Shown in pieces: positions 1-7,116 of a stretch of DNA of 51,425 bases. How positions within the stretch are numbered: position 1 is the stretch's first letter; each line of letters opens with the position of its first letter. The position numbers and the translations under genes are program-made. Source of the DNA: a virus (lineage: Duplodnaviria; Caudoviricetes); IMG/VR virus record IMGVR_UViG_3300037297_000175, positions 1 to 51,425 of that record. One strand, given 5' to 3'. Below the pieces are notes generated by a model. The model was not told the DNA's origin. It saw only the letters and a program-made list of their open reading frames with translations, and did not search any database.

Positions 1-25
1 GCTCCTGAAATCAATAGAGGAATGC

Positions 26-361
26 ATGCCGCTCTTCGAGCATTTCAGAGAGCAGGGCTCGTCGTATAGTGAAATAAACGCATGGGACGCGGTGGCAGGC
101 CGGATGGTTAAAAATATCATCGTTACAGGTATGGCCTGCAAGAGAAGATACAATAGAATCAAAGACAAAAAGAAAGATAGTTGGAAGCTTGCCACTGAAA
201 AGATTAATGCCTACGAGCGCGACATTTCAGAGGCAACGTTCGACAATACCTCAGAGATGCTCAAAAAAATGGAAGCGTTGTTACAGGTGGTGAATCAAAA
301 CACCCTGAAGCTCCAGGGAATAGATCGAGATCTCGAAGAGATCATGAAGATGTGGGAGTAA
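26..361 (+). CDS. Putative Myb/SANT-like DNA-binding protein with C-terminal coiled coil (frame open to window edge; lies on the divergent branch)
   Basis: AWDAVAGRM...TGMACKRRYNRIK resembles a Myb/SANT helix pattern; heptad-like C-terminus. Confidence 0.4.
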   Translation: MPLFEHFREQGSSYSEINAWDAVAGRMVKNIIVTGMACKRRYNRIKDKKKDSWKLATEKINAYERDISEATFDNTSEMLKKMEALLQVVNQNTLKLQGIDRDLEEIMKMWE

Positions 362-363
362 GG

Positions 364-519
364 ATGTGGCACTTCATGTATTGCGGCCACTGCCCAATAT
401 ACAACTGTACCCACTGCCGTTGCTCTTGGACGTGGGAGCGGCGATGGATGACGGACCTTTGTAATCGAGAGGTAGGTGAGAAAAGAAGAACTGCCGGGCC
501 TACGAATGGGGCGCTGTGA
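364..519 (+). CDS. Small Cys-rich protein (51 aa)
   Basis: Read manually: MWHFMYCGHCPIYNCTHCRC...; shares CGxCxxYNxxHCRC with 37303-37488. Confidence 0.5.
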   Translation: MWHFMYCGHCPIYNCTHCRCSWTWERRWMTDLCNREVGEKRRTAGPTNGAL

Positions 520-558
520 TTTATGGGCAGTTGGAATTGAACTTTAAGAGGAGGAACG

Positions 559-1239
559 ATGAAATACCTAACCTTCAAACGGGAGATGGCGCGCGCCTAT
601 GCAGATGGTCGGAAGCGGATGACACGAAGAGTCCTAAAGGTTCGGAAGCAAGGTGGAAAGATGGGACATCCTGAGCCTCCATGGCAAGTCGAAGAGGATG
701 GAAAGCTATACTATCAGGACGAATACGGTGATTATCATCCAGCCGATGATTTCTGTCCCTACGGTCAACCCGGAGATCAGCTCATACTCGGGACGACTTG
801 GGCTGTTCCAAGGGAATTTGATCACTTAAAGCCAAGTGAGTTGCCATTTTCAGTCAATGGTCTTCTAAATGGTGTTATGCCCATCCCTATATGGTCGTAC
901 TTCGAGTCGTACTTCGATTCGGACGAGAAGCCGGATTGGTTCGGAAAGCTGAGACCAGGTCGATTTCTTCCAAGCAAATTCCGAAATCGGATGCCGCGCG
1001 AGACGTTGAAGATCGTACGCGCTGAACGGGTGCAGGACATCACGAATGAAGAGGCGATCTTGGAGGGGATATTCGAGACACCCCGTGAACCAGGGTTTGA
1101 TTGCTGGTCAACGTACGGCATGCGTGACTACTACCCAACGCCACGAGATGCATTCAGGGCGCTTTGGGATTCGATTAACGATAAGAGACATGGATGCTCT
1201 TATTCGGAGAATCCTTGGATTTTCGTTATTGGCTGGTGA
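559..1239 (+). CDS. ASCH-like conserved phage protein
   Basis: GAGGAGG RBS; motifs GRKRMTRR, CPYGQPGD, ERVQDITNEEAILEG, FRALWDSIN, NPW. Confidence 0.75.
   Translation: MKYLTFKREMARAYADGRKRMTRRVLKVRKQGGKMGHPEPPWQVEEDGKLYYQDEYGDYHPADDFCPYGQPGDQLILGTTWAVPREFDHLKPSELPFSVNGLLNGVMPIPIWSYFESYFDSDEKPDWFGKLRPGRFLPSKFRNRMPRETLKIVRAERVQDITNEEAILEGIFETPREPGFDCWSTYGMRDYYPTPRDAFRALWDSINDKRHGCSYSENPWIFVIGW
574..751 (+). repeat. Copy 1 of 178-bp near-identical repeat shared with the window end; 625-751 is a 127-bp exact match
   Basis: Direct comparison with 51248-51425 shows mismatches only at 604, 606 and 624. Confidence 0.95.
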
Positions 1240-1242
1240 ATT

Positions 1243-1743
1243 TTGGGTAACTATAAACACGGCATGTCTGGTACTAGAGTGCACAATATATGGATGGGAA
1301 TGCATGATAGATGCAAAAATAAAAGACTAGATCGCCATACATATAAAAAGATAACTGTTTGCGAGAGATGGAATAAGTTTGAGAATTTCTTTGAAGACAT
1401 GGGGAATCCACCAACAAACAAGCACTCAATAGATAGAATCGACAATGACGGTAACTATTGCCCTGAAAACTGTAGATGGGCAACGTATACAGAACAGGCG
1501 CGGAATAAAAGCAACAATACTATACTAGAGTACGATGGCAAAAGAATGACCATTGCCGAATGGTCTGAGTATAATGGCATTAAAGCAGCGACTATCTGCC
1601 GAAGGATATATGTTCAGAGGTGGCCATTGTCAGAGGCTCTTACCAGGGAGCCAATAAAAAAATTACCAGAGATAAAGCCATGGGTAGAAGCCAGAATGAG
1701 TCGAACAACATGGTATAGAAGAAAGAAAAATGGACAAATTTAA
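1243..1743 (+). CDS. Free-standing HNH homing endonuclease
   Basis: HGMSGTRVHNIWMGMHDRC, ITVCERW, SIDRIDNDGNYCPENCRWAT motifs; AT-rich relative to flanks. Confidence 0.85.
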   Translation: MGNYKHGMSGTRVHNIWMGMHDRCKNKRLDRHTYKKITVCERWNKFENFFEDMGNPPTNKHSIDRIDNDGNYCPENCRWATYTEQARNKSNNTILEYDGKRMTIAEWSEYNGIKAATICRRIYVQRWPLSEALTREPIKKLPEIKPWVEARMSRTTWYRRKKNGQI

Positions 1744-1744
1744 A

Positions 1745-1777
1745 AGTAACCCGTGGAATTGGGCTTTAGGATGGTGA
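1745..1777 (+). pseudogene. Displaced alternative 3' end of the ASCH-like gene (SNPWNWALGW*)
   Basis: AGT AAC CCG TGG AAT TGG GCT TTA GGA TGG TGA parallels ENPWIFVIGW* at 1207-1239. Confidence 0.7.
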
Positions 1778-1778
1778 G

Positions 1779-1982
1779 ATGAAAACCGTGAAAATAACGA
1801 TTGAGGTAGAGGTGCCGGATGATGCAACACAGGCAGCTGTAGACGACATTGGTCAACCGTGGTCATTTAGTGGTAATGCAGAAATTTTTGATTGCGACAG
1901 TTTCGGTCAAATTTGGACCGGAAAAAACTGCACCCAATGTCGTGTAATCAACTGGCGCGAAACACTCACGGAGGTGAAGTGA
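1779..1982 (+). CDS. Hypothetical phage protein
   Basis: ORF tightly packed in the operon; TITIEVEVPDD..AVDDIG..W pattern. Confidence 0.6.
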   Translation: MKTVKITIEVEVPDDATQAAVDDIGQPWSFSGNAEIFDCDSFGQIWTGKNCTQCRVINWRETLTEVK

Positions 1983-2206
1983 TGATCATACCGGATCCAA
2001 TTGAGATAATGAAACAAAGACAAGAGGAATCCATGGACAGAATCGTAATCATAAATGATGTAGAATGCTACCCATGCGATGATTGCGGGAAAGCGACGCC
2101 ACTCGATGACATCGTATGCATGGACCCATTAGGTGTGTCAGGCGGCATCTATGGAGATTGCTTGGATAGATGGATAGAAGAAAGGGAAAAAAATGAGACC
2201 GGATAA
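1979..2206 (+). CDS. Hypothetical protein with CxxC
   Basis: GGAGG RBS and GTGA overlap with the previous stop. Confidence 0.55.
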   Translation: MMIIPDPIEIMKQRQEESMDRIVIINDVECYPCDDCGKATPLDDIVCMDPLGVSGGIYGDCLDRWIEEREKNETG

Positions 2207-2537
2207 GCCAGGGTATTGGTGGTACAAAACGTCTGATGGCAGGGAAAGAATCGCTGATATTGCGAGCGGGTTTTCTTTCGAATTGTGCGTCATTAATAAC
2301 CATCGTCCAGTTTGTGTTTCGGTGTTCGAATGTTCGTCAGAATTTGATAAATGGCTCGGCCAGGTGCGCCCGCCGAAGAAGGTGAGGCGAATTAAAGTTG
2401 ATGTTGTGAAAGAGTTGCTGTCTGGATACAGAAATGCTGTAGAGGTTTATTACGGCACAGAAGAAGACGATCACGGTGATTTGGTAAAATACGACGACGT
2501 CAAAGAGTACTTGATTGGAGAAGATGATGGAGAATAG
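2193..2537 (+). CDS. Hypothetical protein, RPDKPG-domain paralog 1
   Basis: N-terminal RPDKPGYWW...WLGQVRPPK. Confidence 0.6.
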   Translation: MRPDKPGYWWYKTSDGRERIADIASGFSFELCVINNHRPVCVSVFECSSEFDKWLGQVRPPKKVRRIKVDVVKELLSGYRNAVEVYYGTEEDDHGDLVKYDDVKEYLIGEDDGE

Positions 2538-2940
2538 ACCGGACAAACCAGGATGCTACTGGTGGGAAGACGACTGCGGACGATATCACGTCGCAGAGTT
2601 TGACGAGGAAATGAAGACCCTTGATTCTTGCGATACTGGTTTTGTTAGTCCAGAAAAGTTTGAAGACTCGGTCTGTTTTATTCGATGGGTAGGCCCGGCG
2701 CACCCGCCGAAGTTGGAACCAACAACCGTACACGAAATGGTGAGCCAATGGCTCGTAAGAAATGGGGCCGATGGGCTCTGGAACGAAGAAGGGCCTTGCG
2801 GTTGTGATGGAACTGCACCGTGCGGCGACGGTCCATATACGGAGTGTAAAGCGGCGGTAGCTGTAGATGAGGATGGTAATGGTGTTGACTTTATATACTA
2901 TCCTGTAACTATACTACCTTATTGGGACTCCAATGGCTGA
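2524..2940 (+). CDS. Hypothetical protein, RPDKPG-domain paralog 2 with Cys-rich C-terminal domain
   Basis: RPDKPGCYWW...WVGPAHPPK, then GADGLWNEEGPCGC. Confidence 0.6.
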   Translation: MMENRPDKPGCYWWEDDCGRYHVAEFDEEMKTLDSCDTGFVSPEKFEDSVCFIRWVGPAHPPKLEPTTVHEMVSQWLVRNGADGLWNEEGPCGCDGTAPCGDGPYTECKAAVAVDEDGNGVDFIYYPVTILPYWDSNG

Positions 2941-3883
2941 CAAATCGAATATAGAGTGGTGTGATGCCACGTGGAACCCGGTGGTTGGTTGCTCGAAGGT
3001 GTCGGATGGGTGCGCGAATTGCTACGCAGAGCAGATGGTGAACAGGTTTACTCATTTAACGGGAGTTCACAGATATTCAGACCAGACGGGCGAAAGATAT
3101 TGTGATGGCCTTGGATGGGACGGAAGCGCCCACTTCATGCCGCACAAACTTGAGCAACCGTTTCATTGGCGGAAACCTCGCAAGATCTTTGTCTGCAGCA
3201 TGGGGGACCTGTTCCACGAGAGCCTCACCAACGAGCAGATCGCGGCCGTGTTCGGCGTGATGGCCGCTACGCCGCAGCATCAGTACGTGGTTCTGACGAA
3301 GCGGCTACAGCGGGCGATGAAGTGGTTCAACTGGGTAGATAGTATTCGGCATCCACGATACGGGGAAATAGAACCGTCTGTCGAGTGTGCTTTTCAACTT
3401 CTTAGGCAAGCGGAGCCTGATGGGGATGGACCTATTCACTGCAAGTACGGGCCGAATCCAGATGCTAAATGGCCCCTTGAAAATGTCATCATGTGCGCCA
3501 GCGTGGAAAATCAGCCGACAGTAGATGAGCGGGCACCACTCCTCTTTCAGATTCCTGCGAAATGGCACGGGGTGAGCGTTGAGCCGATGCTTGAGTCGAT
3601 CGATTTATACATGGATATGTATGAGAGCGAGACAGGATATTGGCACGCTCATGACTGTCCAAATTATTGTGATTATGCGTGTGACGGCTTTACCTCAGAA
3701 GGCGGAATAGATCTCGTCATCTGCGGTGCCGAGACCGGGCCTGGTAAACGGCCGTTCAAAGACGAGTGGGCACTGGACTTGAGAGACCAGTGTCGAGAGG
3801 CAGACACTCCCTTCTTCTTTAAAAAGGACGGAAACGGAAATGGGACGCTCTGCGGTGTCGAATATCATGAGTGGGTGAAGTAA
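2933..3883 (+). CDS. Phage Gp37/Gp68 (DUF5131) family protein
   Basis: IEWCDATWNPVVGCSKVSDGCANCYA, IFVCSMGDLFHE, LTKR, SVEPML, GAETG, PFFFK. Confidence 0.9.
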   Translation: MADKSNIEWCDATWNPVVGCSKVSDGCANCYAEQMVNRFTHLTGVHRYSDQTGERYCDGLGWDGSAHFMPHKLEQPFHWRKPRKIFVCSMGDLFHESLTNEQIAAVFGVMAATPQHQYVVLTKRLQRAMKWFNWVDSIRHPRYGEIEPSVECAFQLLRQAEPDGDGPIHCKYGPNPDAKWPLENVIMCASVENQPTVDERAPLLFQIPAKWHGVSVEPMLESIDLYMDMYESETGYWHAHDCPNYCDYACDGFTSEGGIDLVICGAETGPGKRPFKDEWALDLRDQCREADTPFFFKKDGNGNGTLCGVEYHEWVK

Positions 3884-4017
3884 TGGACGATTATTGTGAT
3901 ATTTGTAAATGGAGATACTCAAGATATTGCTGGCTGCTTGGTTGTGTTTACAGTTAAGTGGCCGACTGAATAACAAATAGGCCGAACCCCTATTTGCCCA
4001 ATGGTGGGTGGCTCTTT

Positions 4018-4120
4018 ATGCCGCGCCGCGAAACAACATGCAGCAAACCATGAGTTTGATGCCAGCAAAAAAGCGACGATATCGTTTGTTCGATTTTAAT
4101 CAGCGGCGCGGCATTTTTTA
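4018..4120 (+). other. Long-range 12-bp inverted repeat followed by a T-run; possible structured RNA or terminator
   Basis: ATGCCGCGCCGC (4018-4029) pairs with GCGGCGCGGCAT (4103-4114), then TTTTT. Confidence 0.45.
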
Positions 4121-4138
4121 AACGAAAGGAAAATCGTC

Positions 4139-4393
4139 ATGAACAATCCTGTATCAAAAAATCATAGACACTTGCTTGAGCACACCCTTGGTGGACCAGA
4201 CCCCGCAAAATGGTACCGAAATCATTTCGTGGCTGGCGACGGACACACTGATTTGCCAGCACTGAGAGAGATGGAAGACCTCGGGTTTATGAAAGAGGTT
4301 CCCGCTCCTACTTTTTGTCCGGACAGTATCGTCTTTGTGGTGACCGAAAAGGGCAAAGAAGAGTTGAGAAAGGAACCATCGAGTAAGCCCTAA
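4139..4393 (+). CDS. Conserved small phage protein (winged-helix-like)
   Basis: AAAGGA RBS; LLEHTLG..YRNHFVAG...FVVTEKGKE. Confidence 0.65.
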   Translation: MNNPVSKNHRHLLEHTLGGPDPAKWYRNHFVAGDGHTDLPALREMEDLGFMKEVPAPTFCPDSIVFVVTEKGKEELRKEPSSKP

Positions 4394-4400
4394 ACCACAC

Positions 4401-5864
4401 CTATCTCATCCCGGGATTGGTGATACGGCAGAGAAAACCGCTCCGTGAAACAAACCACATATCCATGCCGTCAAAGAGCAATCGGCCTGGTTCGTCTCCT
4501 GTGACGATGCCTGTCGGTATATTGGTCAACACCATGCTGGCCGTATAATCCTGTTGCGATGTCGACGTGTTTGATTTCATAAATTGTGTCAACGGAATTT
4601 TTGCAAACGCAAGTCTTGCCTCGTCATACACTTCGCTCTGTTGATGTATTTGCAACCACAGGTTGTATCCGTCGCATCCGGATACAACATTATAATCTTG
4701 GACATCAGAATACCATTCATGATTATCGATTGTTATACAATACTTTATCTCATCTTCAGATTTTACTAGAAGATGAAAAGATCCAGTTGGACCAGCACAC
4801 ACCACGGTTCCATATGACCCGCCGAAATTGCAAATCGCCTTGGGAAGATAGTTATAAAAAGCAGAAAGAGCGGAATATATAACGCCGCCAGTGTAATCAC
4901 TTACCGTTGGATCTACTATTTTTGCCGAACAAAGACGAACATCATGATTTGTTCCATTGATGACTCGTGACAACCAATAGACATGGCTTCCATCGGAAAC
5001 GATCCTACCATTAGATGAAGAAACAGGCGATGAAACACCATTTCCGCTCCCTTTTGCCACGGATCCTGTACCTGCACGGGGTACAATAGCGACGCCGCAT
5101 TTGCCTGAGATATTGTCGCTCGATACAGCCAGATGCAAAGAACTTGCAATGATAATCTTGGAGTACTCCTCGTCCGTCGAGTAATCCATATTAAGATTAT
5201 AATTCCATTGTGGCACATATCCGCTGGAGCTCTGGGTGTAGAAACTTGTTACCCAATAGGTATTGCTTGTCGCCCTCCAGAGGACATAAAGACTCTCTCC
5301 GTCACAGCAGATACTCCTGATACTCTCCACTGTTCCAGCCGAAAATTCTAAATCCAACGCTGATCCTACGCCTGGGAAATTATCGTACCGGAATGGACCT
5401 ATAATTGGCAGTACACTGTCTGAATCTGTAAGCACATACAGGATGGGGAGTTGTGTTGTGCGACTGACACCGACACATGAATCTCGAATTACTACTCCAG
5501 GTATAACCGCAGTCAGATCCAGGAAATTGGGATATACGTCTGGCCTGGAAATGGATGTATAGGACTTAAATAAGCCTTCACAGACATCTTGCATCGACCA
5601 CATAGGGGGCTTGGTATTTCTGTTGAGTTGATATTGGAGCGCCTGCAGGTATTGGCTCGAAAGTGCTGTATCATCGCTACCCAACCAGCTCATGCCGGCA
5701 TCCGCCATGAGCTTTTGAAAATATCCATCGATGTTCCGTGCCCAGGCATGCTCGAGCGGTGTACCAGGATTGATTCCGTCTTTGTTCAGAAAAGTCCCAC
5801 CTGGATATTCCGGACTGGGGATTGTCGCCTGTGAGCCGTATGCCTGTGTTAATGACTTTGCCAT
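4401..5864 (-). CDS. Tail fibre / receptor-binding protein
   Basis: N-terminal GTPLEHAWARNIDGYFQKLMADAG..DDTALSSQYLQAL resembles baseplate-attachment domains of Mu-type fibres; beta-propeller-like C-terminus (xxDG..LW repeats). Confidence 0.7.
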   Translation of the reverse strand: MAKSLTQAYGSQATIPSPEYPGGTFLNKDGINPGTPLEHAWARNIDGYFQKLMADAGMSWLGSDDTALSSQYLQALQYQLNRNTKPPMWSMQDVCEGLFKSYTSISRPDVYPNFLDLTAVIPGVVIRDSCVGVSRTTQLPILYVLTDSDSVLPIIGPFRYDNFPGVGSALDLEFSAGTVESIRSICCDGESLYVLWRATSNTYWVTSFYTQSSSGYVPQWNYNLNMDYSTDEEYSKIIIASSLHLAVSSDNISGKCGVAIVPRAGTGSVAKGSGNGVSSPVSSSNGRIVSDGSHVYWLSRVINGTNHDVRLCSAKIVDPTVSDYTGGVIYSALSAFYNYLPKAICNFGGSYGTVVCAGPTGSFHLLVKSEDEIKYCITIDNHEWYSDVQDYNVVSGCDGYNLWLQIHQQSEVYDEARLAFAKIPLTQFMKSNTSTSQQDYTASMVLTNIPTGIVTGDEPGRLLFDGMDMWFVSRSGFLCRITNPGMR

Positions 5865-5868
5865 ATCT

Positions 5869-6111
5869 CTACCTCATATGAGCAGCAATAGCCGAAGCAG
5901 CTGCTACGATAGGACCAATGATGGAGATCCATGTTCCGATGTTCCAACGTCGACGCTGTTCGTGCCGGAGCTGGCACGCCTCGAGCTTCTCATCAACCCT
6001 TGTGTTGACGCTGTGCTCGAGGCTGTGTATGGCCTCGGTGAATTTGAGATCTAGCGTCGTCATGGCGAGCTCAACGATCAGTTCAATCTCTCTGCGTCGT
6101 TCGTCGGTCAT
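5869..6111 (-). CDS. Putative holin-like protein (coiled coil plus C-terminal TM helix)
   Basis: Hydrophobic C-terminus WNIGTWISIIGPIVAAASAIAA; late-operon position. Confidence 0.45.
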   Translation of the reverse strand: MTDERRREIELIVELAMTTLDLKFTEAIHSLEHSVNTRVDEKLEACQLRHEQRRRWNIGTWISIIGPIVAAASAIAAHMR

Positions 6112-6115
6112 TGAT

Positions 6116-6388
6116 TTATCCGGTTTCCTCGTCGTCGACGGCCGCATCAGACTCCGCGATCAGCTCTTCCAGGATCTTGATGGCACCGCTGATATACAGG
6201 ATCTGCTGGTCGGCGCTTCGGAGTTGCTGATCCAGGGTGGCCCGCTGTTGCCGGCCCTTATCGAGCTCACCCTGAAGCTTTTTCAGTTCGCCTTTCAACA
6301 ACGACACTTTGATGACGCGTGATTCGTCCGTAACCATGTTTTTCTTGAGCTCTTGAAGAGCCGCTTCTCTCTGCTCGTTTGCTTTCAT
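6116..6388 (-). CDS. Small coiled-coil protein, possible fibre chaperone
   Basis: Heptad-rich; ends ILYISGAIKILEEL; GGAGAAGG RBS. Confidence 0.55.
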   Translation of the reverse strand: MKANEQREAALQELKKNMVTDESRVIKVSLLKGELKKLQGELDKGRQQRATLDQQLRSADQQILYISGAIKILEELIAESDAAVDDEETG

Positions 6389-6402
6389 TTGCTTACCTTC
6401 TC

Positions 6403-7116
6403 CTAACAAAGCATCGACTCGGAAATCCATGGCTTCCGTCCGTCGATGGTAAACGTCGACACGGATGCGTGCGCACTGTGCCGGATGATTGATTCCTTCT
6501 GTCCATATGCCTTGATCCGATAGGGTAACTCCTGCCAGTCTGGAATTACCCAGTTGCCTCGCAATGTGGATTCAAAACATCTCAATGGAATTTGATGGTC
6601 CGTTTGAAAATACTGAATCGGCTGCATCGCTAGAATGGCGAGCTCGGTAGAACGCCGAGAAAGCGCGTAAGCGCCCAGTGTCCTGGCCGACCATATCTGC
6701 CCGTCTGGATACAGAGAAAGGCGGCAGCCAGGGTGTGAGGAGCCGATGAGATAGTACCAGTCGCAGTCGTCGGGCACCTCGATTTCTGACAGATCTCCAA
6801 CGGGTTCGGTGTCGTCCTCGATGATGATAGTCCACTGTTCATCGGTGGCGAGGAAGTGCTCCATCGCCCGGAGATGAGAGCAATTGCATCCGTACGTCGT
6901 CGGGAACATTTTGAAGTGCCTGGATAACGGATCTATATCCTCGGGGACGTCTCCCCAGCGCGGTCGCCCCTCCTCGTCAAACGCACCATCGGACCACTGC
7001 ATGCCATCGACTGCAGGGATCCGTGTCAGGTCACAAAACGCCGATGACACGTGTTCCCATCGGTCCGTAGACCGGTCGAGGTTTATGCATCGAATTTTCA
7101 TGTCTTGTAAGATCAT
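6403..7116 (-). CDS. Glycosyltransferase family 25
   Basis: CINLDRSTDRW, RIPAVDG, GCNCSHLRAM, IIIEDD, AYALSRR motifs. Confidence 0.85.
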   Translation of the reverse strand: MILQDMKIRCINLDRSTDRWEHVSSAFCDLTRIPAVDGMQWSDGAFDEEGRPRWGDVPEDIDPLSRHFKMFPTTYGCNCSHLRAMEHFLATDEQWTIIIEDDTEPVGDLSEIEVPDDCDWYYLIGSSHPGCRLSLYPDGQIWSARTLGAYALSRRSTELAILAMQPIQYFQTDHQIPLRCFESTLRGNWVIPDWQELPYRIKAYGQKESIIRHSAHASVSTFTIDGRKPWISESMLC

